IMG/VR virus record: IMGVR_UViG_3300026262_000001
Span: 1 to 40,977 of that record
Reading direction: 5' to 3' (one strand)
DNA: 40,977 nt
From: a virus
Taxonomy: Duplodnaviria; Caudoviricetes
How positions within the stretch are numbered: the first letter of the stretch is position 1; each line of letters begins with the position of its first letter. The position numbers and the translations under genes are program-made. Below the pieces are notes generated by a model, which did no database searches, was not told the origin of the DNA, and saw nothing but the letters and a program-made list of their open reading frames with translations. This document shows, in pieces, positions 17,884 through 26,199 of this stretch.

Positions 17884-18670
17884 GTGCAGATGCCATGCGC
17901 ACAATCGCGGCAGCATGGATCTGACGAGCTCGCTCTCGTGTCATGCCCATCTCGTCGGCAATGGACTGAAATGACCGGAGCTCCCGCCTATCATTGGCCT
18001 CACCCCAGTGGCGCTCACGGACGATATGTCTTGCACGATCGTCGCCTTTGCATGCCTCCTCGATGATCTCTTCAATGATCGCGGGCAGGCGAGACTGGTC
18101 GACCTGGTCGACTGCGTGGGGGTCGCGAGCCTCCATCTGGATAGCGCCGAACTCGCCCCCTTCATCTTCTGACACGGGAGCAGAGAGGCTAAAGCCCTGG
18201 TAGCAAGAAAGCGCTTCGGCAGCATGATCTCGCTCAATGCAAAGCATCCACGCGGCGATCGTGATGCCGAGCTCGACACTGCGACCATCCTTCGTGACCG
18301 CTCCAACAATCCCGCGCACCCGGCGATGGATGTCACGCTCCTTGTTCGACTTCTTCATCGAGAGCTGCGTATCGGCTCCGAGAGTTGCCGCCTCCAGATG
18401 CCGCCTGACAGACTCCTTGTAGTATGCGCCGAACGGCACTCCATCCTCAGGACGGAACCGGGCCGCACATTTCACGAGGCAGACCCTCGCCTCCTGCCAG
18501 AGCATCTCAAGGTCGAGAACCTTCGCCTGCCGGCGGACATTTGCAATCGCCATGAGGATCGGCGTCCTGACCGAGTTCTCCAACAGCTCGAACGCGATCT
18601 CGTCGCGATCCTCAATCCACGCCTTCACCCAGGCTGCTTGGTCCTCACCTCTCCGGAATTGTTCGCTCAT
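17843..18670 (-). CDS. Phage-encoded sigma70-family RNA polymerase sigma factor, RpoH/sigma32-like
   Basis: Region 2 (EMLWQEARVCLVKCAARFRPEDGVPFGAY), region 3.2 SLSAPV and region 4.2 HTH (SFQSIADEMGMTRERARQI); 275 aa, no region 1.1. Confidence 0.85.
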   Translation of the reverse strand: MSEQFRRGEDQAAWVKAWIEDRDEIAFELLENSVRTPILMAIANVRRQAKVLDLEMLWQEARVCLVKCAARFRPEDGVPFGAYYKESVRRHLEAATLGADTQLSMKKSNKERDIHRRVRGIVGAVTKDGRSVELGITIAAWMLCIERDHAAEALSCYQGFSLSAPVSEDEGGEFGAIQMEARDPHAVDQVDQSRLPAIIEEIIEEACKGDDRARHIVRERHWGEANDRRELRSFQSIADEMGMTRERARQIHAAAIVRMASALKARGLGLDDLVG

Positions 18671-18850
18671 GTCGGGCCTGCCCTGTTCGTTTTTTGTTCT
18701 TCACAGGAGGTAGGTCCCAGGGGAGCTTGGCGGAAATGTCGGGAGGTTCGGGCACCTTCGAGTTCAACAAAAAACTCTGGTGCAGGTCACGGGCCGGACT
18801 CGACCCGGTTACCCGGTGCAGCTACGGTGCCGCAAAAACGAGAGGATAGA

Positions 18851-19588
18851 ATGGACTTCAGAAAAACGCTGCAAGCTGAACTCGACAAGCTTGTCGATAG
18901 CTACAAAGTGTGTGGAATTGTCGATCAAGCAGGCACGGTTTATCCACTCGGAGCAGATACGAAAGTTCTCAGCACGATTTTCGAACTCGTAAGCCGACCG
19001 GCCGTTTATGCGGCTGCGAAGACTATGGGCTATGAGGTCGTCGAGCCCACTGTGCAGAACCACTATCCCGATTTCACCCTACACAAGGGTTTGGGCGAGA
19101 ATGGAAAAATCGCCCTCGACGTCAAGACGACCTACCGACTGCGGGACGATGCCAAGTTCAACTACACCCTTGGCGGTTATACCAGTTTCATGCGCGGCAC
19201 GGGTCGGAAGAACATCGTGTTCCCCTTCGACGAGTATTCCGAGCACTGGGTGATCGGGTTCATCTACAATCGGGTAGCTGAAAAGAAGGCCGGTGCCGAA
19301 CATAGCTACTCAATTAGCGATCTTCTGGATATTCCACTTCCCTTCGAAAACGTCGATGTATTCGTTCAGGAGAAATGGCGCATCTCGAGTGATCGTGCCG
19401 GTAGTGGAAACACGACCAATATCGGCAGCATCAACGGCACCCTCGAAGACTTCGAAGAGGGCCGAGGCCCATTCGAATCAGAAGAGGAATTTCTCGAATA
19501 CTGGAGGTCCTACGGACGGACAAAAAGCGATCGCACCGATTTCTCAAACATTGACGGCTTCCGCCGCCTCAAACAGGGGCAGAACTGA
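18851..19588 (+). CDS. Type II restriction endonuclease, EcoRV family (predicted GATATC)
   Basis: DTKVLSTIFEL, QNHYPDFTL, IALDVKTTY, TLGGYTSF, KNIVFPF and recognition loop AGSGNTTNIGS; 245 aa from ATG 18851 (GAGGA RBS). Confidence 0.93.
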   Translation: MDFRKTLQAELDKLVDSYKVCGIVDQAGTVYPLGADTKVLSTIFELVSRPAVYAAAKTMGYEVVEPTVQNHYPDFTLHKGLGENGKIALDVKTTYRLRDDAKFNYTLGGYTSFMRGTGRKNIVFPFDEYSEHWVIGFIYNRVAEKKAGAEHSYSISDLLDIPLPFENVDVFVQEKWRISSDRAGSGNTTNIGSINGTLEDFEEGRGPFESEEEFLEYWRSYGRTKSDRTDFSNIDGFRRLKQGQN

Positions 19589-20479
19589 CGGCTTCGCCGC
19601 TTCCTCCTCGACCACCGGCGCCGCAGCTCTCGGGGACAAGATTACCACCTCGGTCATCTCGTTCCTGAGGCTCTCGGTCGGCCCGACATGGTAGAAGTGA
19701 GACATCGTGCGCTGGGCATGATCCGCGAACCAACGGTCGACATACTCATTCCGGCGATACTTGTTCTCCAGCCAGTTCGACATCGCAAAATCGGCTGGAG
19801 ACGAGATCAGCATCTCGGCGAGGTCGTCGGAATCCTGATCCGTGAAACCGTTGTAGTAATCAGTGTGCCGTCCGACGTAGGGCGGATCAGCATAGATCAT
19901 GTCGCCGGCCTGAGCCTGACCAACGGTTTCCTTCCAGTCCTGGGCAACAAATTTCCAGTCCTTTCCGGCCATAGCTGTCGATGCCCATTCGACCTGATTC
20001 ACAATCTTTGTGACAAGTGCTGGACGGAAGCGTTCCGGCTTCCGGCAGAACGGGACATTGAAGCCGCCCTTCCTATTGAACCGCATCATGCCATTAAAGC
20101 AGGACCGGCTCAGGAAAACGAAGTCGAAGGGGTTGCCCTCGGCATTAAATCGATCGCGGATGAAGTAGTAGTGCTGCTCGCCTTGATCAAGCAGTGCTGA
20201 ACCCTCGCGGACGAGATACTCGCGCATCGTGTGGCCATTTATAGTGCCGTTCTGGATGCCACGGTAAAGTTCGATCATGTGCTCGTTGTTGTCGGCCAGC
20301 AGAGCCCGCTGAGGAGCGATGTTCAGCGCCACCACCCCGGAGCCCAGGAAAGGCTCGATCCAACGTCCAGAGCCTTCCCACACGATCGAGCGCGCGATCA
20401 GCGGCACGACCTTAGTCTTGATGCCTTGTGTCTTGATCGGAGGCGCCTTTGGTCGAATGGTTCGGGGAAGGAAGGTCAA
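19544..20479 (-). CDS. N6-adenine DNA methyltransferase, Dam/M.EcoRV family
   Basis: PPIKTQGIKTK, WIEPFLGSGVV, FNGMMRFN...FNVPF and DPPY; TTG start after AGGAG. Confidence 0.93.
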   Translation of the reverse strand: MTFLPRTIRPKAPPIKTQGIKTKVVPLIARSIVWEGSGRWIEPFLGSGVVALNIAPQRALLADNNEHMIELYRGIQNGTINGHTMREYLVREGSALLDQGEQHYYFIRDRFNAEGNPFDFVFLSRSCFNGMMRFNRKGGFNVPFCRKPERFRPALVTKIVNQVEWASTAMAGKDWKFVAQDWKETVGQAQAGDMIYADPPYVGRHTDYYNGFTDQDSDDLAEMLISSPADFAMSNWLENKYRRNEYVDRWFADHAQRTMSHFYHVGPTESLRNEMTEVVILSPRAAAPVVEEEAAKPSVLPLFEAAEAVNV

Positions 20480-20554
20480 AGGATTCTCCTGATGGGTTAG
20501 TCTCCACCAATAGCAGACCAGCCGCATCGAACAACTAAATAAGGGGTTGTCTGC

Positions 20555-21379
20555 CTACTTCATCAACTCCAACAGCTCCCCCGTATCCGGCACCTGCAAT
20601 GGGGGCAACGGCACGGCCTGCTCGCTGAAGATTTCCATCTCGTCGTCGTCCGGGTCCGGTATCCAGCCACCTACGACAACCTCGGCGCCCCTTATGGTGA
20701 CCTGTTCATAGCCGTCGCGCCGCGCCAGGTTGCAGACGGTGTGCTTCACCGGACCAGGGCGGAGAGCCTTCGCCGCAGCCTCGAGTTCCTGAAGCCCCTC
20801 ATGGAGCGCGGTGAAGATCCTCCGCCGCTTTTCGAGGACGCTTTCGACGCCGCGCTCATCGAGTCTGCCGGTGATTTTCAGAACGCTGACCAGGCCGCCG
20901 CGCGCGAGACCCAGCTTCTTCGACGTCTTCCATGTTCCGCGGCTCGAGGGGAACAGCCACTCCAGCTTCTCGGCGATTGAATTGACCTGAGCCTCGATCG
21001 GAAGGAAGTCTCGCTCGAGAACTTCCAAGACTTCCGGCAGCCCCCGGGTGAGCTCGCGGATGACGACCATGTTCTGGCTGGTGATCTCGCGACGCTTCAC
21101 GTCCTGCTTGATCTTCGCGACGGTCGACTTGTCCGAGATCTCGACCGCGCAGCAGTTTCCACACAGGGCGAGACTACCATCAGGTAGGACAGCGAAGAAC
21201 CCGTAGACATGGCGCTGCCGGTTCCGGCAGAAGGCGCACCTAACCTCGGTGTCGGCGCGATAGCCGATGGGCTCCAAACGAAGCGGCCTCACGCCTGCCG
21301 GCACCTCGAAGACGACACCCGGATGCTTCTCCGGATCGGTGATGAGAAAGTCGTTCTCGGCGAAGGGTTGCTTGCTCAC
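20555..21379 (-). CDS. Hypothetical protein with putative zinc-binding N-terminus
   Basis: CAFC...H...CGNCC; 274 aa. Confidence 0.7.
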   Translation of the reverse strand: MSKQPFAENDFLITDPEKHPGVVFEVPAGVRPLRLEPIGYRADTEVRCAFCRNRQRHVYGFFAVLPDGSLALCGNCCAVEISDKSTVAKIKQDVKRREITSQNMVVIRELTRGLPEVLEVLERDFLPIEAQVNSIAEKLEWLFPSSRGTWKTSKKLGLARGGLVSVLKITGRLDERGVESVLEKRRRIFTALHEGLQELEAAAKALRPGPVKHTVCNLARRDGYEQVTIRGAEVVVGGWIPDPDDDEMEIFSEQAVPLPPLQVPDTGELLELMK

Positions 21380-21510
21380 TTTGGTTACCTAAGGTTATGA
21401 TTGACGACCCAAATTTGGCCCTCCCAGTCCTTATATACCCGATTCGTTCTCTTGTGGAAAGCCTGTTAGACGACACAAGATATGGTTCTGCGGTGCGGCG
21501 TAGGGTCGGC

Positions 21511-21536
21511 AAAAAAAAGCCCCGGCCGAAGCCGGG
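21511..21536 (-). terminator. Rho-independent terminator after the DUF3987 gene
   Basis: cccggc-ttcg-gccggg followed by gc and T8 on the minus strand. Confidence 0.75.
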
Positions 21537-21597
21537 TCAGTTGCCGCTGTCGCGGGTAGGTAGGTGCCCGATTTTACCCTCGGCGCCGGGGTGTCTC

Positions 21598-23328
21598 TCA
21601 ACGCTTGACCTTGGCTTGCAGGTCGCGCATCGCGGCTGCGCCCTGTTGGATGCGAGCCTTGGTGGCCTCGCGCTCCTGACGCTCGATCTCGGCGCGTTCA
21701 GCGAAGATCTGATGCACCCGCTTATTCACCCGCCATTTCATCTTGGCGAAGTCAGTGCGGGCACCGCGCTTGCCGTCCGGGGTGATCCAAGCCATCAGTT
21801 CGAGTTTCTGGCAGGCCGCTTCGATTGCGCGAAAGTCGTCCTTGATTGAGGAGAAGGCGCGGCGAATGTCGAAGGTGCTGATGCGCTCTTTGCCATGGGC
21901 GAGGATGTGACCGGCGATCCACTTGGCATGGCCAGTGGCCTCATCCCCCTGCATGACCTCGTTGTAGATGCGGGCAGCCTCGGGCAGGAAATACTCGGTG
22001 AGCAGGCGATAGACGGCTTCGGCGGTCTTGCCGCTCACCGGCTGTTTCTGCGGCCGAAAATCGTTCTGCACGGCCTCGATCATGTGGAATACGAGGCAGA
22101 GGCGCGAGAAGATGCCAGGCCACTTGTTGAGATGGTCAGACAGACCCTTCACCAGCATCGGGCTGTCGTTCAGGGCACGGCTCAGGCACTCGATGCGCTC
22201 ACGCACCTCGGCAGCTTCGGGCGACATGCTCACCACGCCGTCAATCTCGCCGTTTTCCGCCTGCAACTCGTTGAGAGCGATGGAACGGATGAGTTTCAGA
22301 TAGCCCTCAACCGCCTTGGGATCGGCGCGACGATCGCAGCCCGGCCGGATTTCAGCCTTCACGAACAGGAAGCGGGCAAGGAAGCCGTCAGCCTTGGTGT
22401 TCGAGAAATCCTTGCGCAGGATGTCATCCTGAATGCCACCCACGATGGACACGGCGAAGCTATCAACTCGAAGCGGGCCGTCTTCGTCGCTCTTGCGATC
22501 GACGCTTTCGCTTCCGCCATTGTAGGCCGTGAGATACTTAGCCCGATCGCGCGAACCCGAGCCGCCCGAATAAAGGTCGAACGAGCCGATCCATTCGGTG
22601 AGTTCATCGCGCACCTGCACGATGCCTGCCGGGTTCTCGGAACAAACCTCCATCACCTTTTCAATGGTGGTGTCTTTCACAACCATGCGCGGGCGCGCAG
22701 GCTTTTCCGGAGCCTCGGGCATCTCGGGGAACATGTCGCGGTTGCCGCCCTCTTTCATGAGGGCCTGACACGCCTTGCGCCAGCCCTTCATTTCTTCATT
22801 GTATTGGGCTTTTTCGCGGCGATACTCTTTCATCTCCTCTTCGCCGAGTTCCGCCCAATCCTTTTCGAGCCGATCAAGGGGCAGGGTGCCGGCGTTCAGT
22901 GCGGAAGTCTTTTTCGCACCGGAGGAGCCCGAGATAGCGCCCCACAGGATCGGCTTTTCGCGCCAGTTGAGGTCATGGAGTTTGGGTTGGATGACCCACC
23001 CCTCGCGGATTGCAGTGGCGGCCGACACGAGGCAGCCCAACGCGATCGGGCCGGCGTTGATACCCATGATCTCGGACACCTCGCGGGCGTAGTTGTAGAT
23101 TGCCGGGGGCAGCATGTCGGCGGTGAGTTCCTGACGACCCGTCAGCGAGGTGTCGCCGAATAGGTCAATGGGCTCAATGACCGGGCGCTTGGGTGCCACA
23201 TCCTGGGCTGCCTCGGCCTCGGTCTCATACTCAGGTGCCTGCTCCGGCTCCTCTCCCGACACGATCGCGCCGAGCGCATCCATCGCGCTGTTCAGGTCGA
23301 AATCGTGCTGATCGTTCATCTTGGTCAT
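21598..23328 (-). CDS. DUF3987/YfjI-family P-loop protein (replication helicase-like)
   Basis: GSSGAKKTS Walker A, VRDELTEW Walker B, SIVGGIQ, DGFLARF. Confidence 0.85.
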   Translation of the reverse strand: MTKMNDQHDFDLNSAMDALGAIVSGEEPEQAPEYETEAEAAQDVAPKRPVIEPIDLFGDTSLTGRQELTADMLPPAIYNYAREVSEIMGINAGPIALGCLVSAATAIREGWVIQPKLHDLNWREKPILWGAISGSSGAKKTSALNAGTLPLDRLEKDWAELGEEEMKEYRREKAQYNEEMKGWRKACQALMKEGGNRDMFPEMPEAPEKPARPRMVVKDTTIEKVMEVCSENPAGIVQVRDELTEWIGSFDLYSGGSGSRDRAKYLTAYNGGSESVDRKSDEDGPLRVDSFAVSIVGGIQDDILRKDFSNTKADGFLARFLFVKAEIRPGCDRRADPKAVEGYLKLIRSIALNELQAENGEIDGVVSMSPEAAEVRERIECLSRALNDSPMLVKGLSDHLNKWPGIFSRLCLVFHMIEAVQNDFRPQKQPVSGKTAEAVYRLLTEYFLPEAARIYNEVMQGDEATGHAKWIAGHILAHGKERISTFDIRRAFSSIKDDFRAIEAACQKLELMAWITPDGKRGARTDFAKMKWRVNKRVHQIFAERAEIERQEREATKARIQQGAAAMRDLQAKVKR

Positions 23329-23390
23329 GGCCTACCTACCTTCGTGTTTTTGGTCTTGACAAGCGGGCTGTTTTCAGACTCGCAAGTCGG

Positions 23391-23419
23391 AGGTAGGAAG
23401 GAGATGGGGCGTTCCAAAA
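23391..23419 (-). promoter_or_regulatory. Class I promoter TTTTG-N17-CCTACCT with a class II -10 box inside its spacer
   Basis: Reverse complement TTTTG-gAACGCCCCATCTCCTt-CCTACCT. Confidence 0.6.
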
Positions 23420-23423
23420 ATGA

Positions 23424-23800
23424 AAAATCACAGAAACCGCAGTGACCCCCCTGCTTTTTATGTGAAAAGTTGCCAAGTGCCTGTTTTTCAATGCTAAAAA
23501 AGTTTGCCTGAGGGGTCAAACCGGGGAAATCGGCCTATCTGGAACTCTGATCCTGAACCGGAAAAGTCGTTCCTTTTCAGTGTTTTGATACATTTTCACA
23601 CAAAACGCCCTTGCGCGGGCGAGGCGTTAAGTAAGTAAAGAGCCCCCCTATCCCCTCTCTCCTCATGTTCTCCACTCCTCATCCCCTACACACGCAAGTG
23701 CGGTTTCTGTGATTTTCGTGCATACCATTGTTTTATATGATTGTTTTCCGTCCATCTCGTGCGATATGCCTCTTTCAGCCACTGCGGTTTGTGTGAAAAT
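23424..23800. repeat. AT-rich non-coding region with five related ~18-bp repeats (putative lytic origin)
   Basis: AAAATCACAGAAACCGCA (23424-41) and its exact reverse complement (23699-716); variants at 23452-68, 23592-608 and 23783-800. Confidence 0.65.
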
Positions 23801-23862
23801 CGCCTTGGCGTGCCTCTGCACCCCTGATGAGGAGGCGAAAACCACAACCAAGAGCCCCGCGC

Positions 23863-24204
23863 ATGCCGTTCGACCTCGCCGCCAAGACCCTGAAACGCCG
23901 ATACGAAGAGGGCCGGTGGCAGCCGGATGCCGCGGGTGATCTGACTTTCGCCGTGGAACTCGGGCCCGAGGGGCATTTGCACACGATCCTACCAGGCGCG
24001 CCTGGATACACGATCGGCGTGGCTGCGCTCGATAATCACACGCAGCTCTCGGTCTGCGTCGCCACAGCGGTGTATGAAGCCCGCCAAGCCATGGGCCTGA
24101 CCGATGCCGAGATAGCGACGCTCAACAACCTGCCGGAAGCGGCATTCGATGATGCGACCGAGGCCGCAGGCGTGCTATGTTCGGGGTATGAAGCACCTCG
24201 ATAG
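23863..24204 (+). CDS. Hypothetical protein
   Basis: MPFDLAAKTLK..., 113 aa. Confidence 0.55.
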   Translation: MPFDLAAKTLKRRYEEGRWQPDAAGDLTFAVELGPEGHLHTILPGAPGYTIGVAALDNHTQLSVCVATAVYEARQAMGLTDAEIATLNNLPEAAFDDATEAAGVLCSGYEAPR

Positions 24205-24409
24205 ATACCGCGGCCGACTTCCCGCCAGTGAGCGCCTAAGCCGCGACGAGGCGAACGCCCGGCCGTCGTTCCGTGAGCAGCTGCACGCCGCCCGCCCTGA
24301 CCTGCCTGTTTTTCAGGGTAGGCCATGGTGGCAGCGTGCGCTCATTCGGCTGGTCTGGCGCGTCCGGCCAGATTGGCTGCCACGGCGCGAGCGTGAAGCC
24401 CGGCGCTGA
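24188..24409 (+). CDS. Hypothetical basic protein
   Basis: MKHLDRYRGR..., overlaps the previous stop. Confidence 0.45.
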   Translation: MKHLDRYRGRLPASERLSRDEANARPSFREQLHAARPDLPVFQGRPWWQRALIRLVWRVRPDWLPRREREARR

Positions 24410-24417
24410 TCCGTGGC

Positions 24418-24494
24418 ATTTACAGACAAATCTCAAAATTGTCTGTAAATCGGAGCCGGCTCCGATTTTGGGCGCGCCTGGTCTGTCTCTATCT
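24418..24494 (+). promoter_or_regulatory. Two operator-like palindromes followed by a class I-like promoter
   Basis: ATTTACAGACAA-N9-TTGTCTGTAAAT; AAATCGGAGCCGGCTCCGATTT; TTTTG-N17-TCTATCT. Confidence 0.6.
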
Positions 24495-24523
24495 CCTTGG
24501 AAAGACAGACAGGGAGATAGGTC

Positions 24524-24865
24524 ATGTATGAAGTCGGAAAGAGATACCTAATCACCACGGATGGATGGTTCATCGCTCCTGATGGGGAGCAGTATCGAGC
24601 GGTATTCGGAACTCTGAAGGCCGTCCATTCGAGCGAAACCGCACTTGGCGTCAAGACAAATTCGCGGTCGACCAACTGGTATGTGGAGATCGGCGGCATG
24701 ATGATTGCCGGATGCCAGATCCACTATGTCGCGCGAACGGATCGTTACAGTGATCTGGAACCGACGGTTGGCATTGAGCACGACGGGAAGATGAAAGCCG
24801 TGCGCGGCTCCATGCCGTTGATCTTCGATGCAGACGAAGACTGCGATGTGGACGACGCAGCATGA
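24524..24865 (+). CDS. Phage hypothetical protein
   Basis: GGGAG RBS; YLITTDGWFIAPDGEQYRAVFG...IAGCQIHY. Confidence 0.75.
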   Translation: MYEVGKRYLITTDGWFIAPDGEQYRAVFGTLKAVHSSETALGVKTNSRSTNWYVEIGGMMIAGCQIHYVARTDRYSDLEPTVGIEHDGKMKAVRGSMPLIFDADEDCDVDDAA

Positions 24866-24963
24866 CCCCGGAAAATGTGAAGCTGCTGATCGAGACGGGC
24901 GGTCTGCTCGGATTTCTCGCCTTCGTGGCGTTCCTGGTTTGGCTGGCAGCTCGTGATGACTGA
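24862..24963 (+). CDS. Small membrane peptide (33 aa, absent from ORF track)
   Basis: MTPENVKLLIETGGLLGFLAFVAFLVWLAARDD; overlaps both neighbours. Confidence 0.55.
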   Translation: MTPENVKLLIETGGLLGFLAFVAFLVWLAARDD

Positions 24964-25234
24964 CCCCACCACAGCCCTCACCATCGCCACCCTGTTCGGC
25001 CTCTGCGCCTACACGGCCGGCCATCTCGCAATCGACACTGCCCGGCTGGCCACACGCCTGGTTGTCCGGGCGCGTCGCTGGCGTCGCTCTGAACCTGATC
25101 CGGAAAGCGTGCGCCGCATGGCTGACCGCATCCGGGCGCAGGTCGAGTGGGACGCAAACCGCCCGCCGGTGACGCTCGATGAGTGGCGCGATGCCGAGGC
25201 TGAAAAGCGGATCTCATGGGGGAGGGCGCGGTGA
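24956..25234 (+). CDS. Hypothetical membrane-anchored protein
   Basis: N-terminal hydrophobic segment; coupled operon. Confidence 0.55.
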   Translation: MTDPTTALTIATLFGLCAYTAGHLAIDTARLATRLVVRARRWRRSEPDPESVRRMADRIRAQVEWDANRPPVTLDEWRDAEAEKRISWGRAR

Positions 25235-25596
25235 TCGAAGTCTGGCACAAGGGCCACCCGGGCCTCGCCCTCGTCGATGGCGAGCTGGTCTTCGTTTCCG
25301 ACGATGTTCTCCGCGAGGTCTATGACTTGGTTCTCGACATGAGCGACCGAGAGGCGTCGAAGGCCGGCGAGATCGACTGGGCCGGGCTGGAGCGTCGTCT
25401 CTTCTCTCGACTGCTTGCCCGTGGTGCCCGGGCGCGACATGCTGCCCGGACAGAGCGACTGATGAACGATCCCGAGGTTCAGGGCGTGCTGGATGAGGTT
25501 TTCGGACGTGAGGCGATGTCACACAATACGGGCACCGCGCGACATCGGATGTCGCAGGATACGGGCACAGCGCGACATTGGGGGCAAGACACATGA
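25231..25596 (+). CDS. Hypothetical protein
   Basis: GGAGG RBS, GTGA overlap; C-terminal 11-aa duplication. Confidence 0.55.
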   Translation: MIEVWHKGHPGLALVDGELVFVSDDVLREVYDLVLDMSDREASKAGEIDWAGLERRLFSRLLARGARARHAARTERLMNDPEVQGVLDEVFGREAMSHNTGTARHRMSQDTGTARHWGQDT

Positions 25597-25811
25597 CTGA
25601 CCGCACATATCCTCGACCAGCTGTCGATCTCGATGCGCTGTTGGATGCTCTGCACGAGGCGGGCGCGGACGCTGGCACGATCGGAACCGGCAACCCCGAT
25701 CTGGTCGGCCTCTCGATTGACGGAGCAACGGAAGCGGAGCTCGACGCGATCTGGGAGCGGGCCATGCTCGCTCTGCTCGCACGCATCGACCAGGAAGACA
25801 GACTCCTCTGA
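25593..25811 (+). CDS. Hypothetical protein
   Basis: ATGA overlap with the previous gene. Confidence 0.55.
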   Translation: MTDRTYPRPAVDLDALLDALHEAGADAGTIGTGNPDLVGLSIDGATEAELDAIWERAMLALLARIDQEDRLL

Positions 25812-26155
25812 TGCACCTCATCGACTTCATCACTCGCGCCGCGACCATCGGCCAACGCTCTGACTGGTTCGGCACCTGTGTGTGTATCTCATCCGTCGCG
25901 TTCGATGCCCTCATTCGTCAGCACCCCGATTTGGAGGTGTGGCATCGCGCGGGACCCAATCCGGGCTTTGATGATCGCACCACGCGCCTGCGTGAGCCCC
26001 ATGTAGAGATCTGGGCCAGGTCTGGCGGAAGCCCCGAGCAGGCTGCGGTCAGCGTCCATGGTATTCAGATCTGGGGCGGGGCATTGCCCCGATCGAATCA
26101 CGAGCGTCTGACATTCCATGTGGCTCTCAATGCGCCGAGTAGCGAAACCGCCTGA
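25811..26155 (+). CDS. Hypothetical protein
   Basis: TGATG overlap; 114 aa. Confidence 0.55.
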   Translation: MHLIDFITRAATIGQRSDWFGTCVCISSVAFDALIRQHPDLEVWHRAGPNPGFDDRTTRLREPHVEIWARSGGSPEQAAVSVHGIQIWGGALPRSNHERLTFHVALNAPSSETA

Positions 26156-26170
26156 GACGCCCCATCTCCT
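26141..26170 (+). promoter_or_regulatory. Class II promoter upstream of the tRNA-like RNA
   Basis: AGCG-aaaccgcctgaga-CGCCCCATCTCCT. Confidence 0.75.
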
Positions 26171-26199
26171 GCGCAGGCTGAGCCTACGGGGTCTTCGTT

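Noticed and set aside
18224-18850. Apparent 209-aa N-terminal extension of the restriction endonuclease
   Set aside because: It is antisense to the sigma gene; the RBS and ATG at 18851 give an EcoRV-sized 245-aa protein.
24418-24468. Possible protelomerase (telRL) site of a linear phage-plasmid
   Set aside because: No protelomerase gene was recognised and the palindromes are short.
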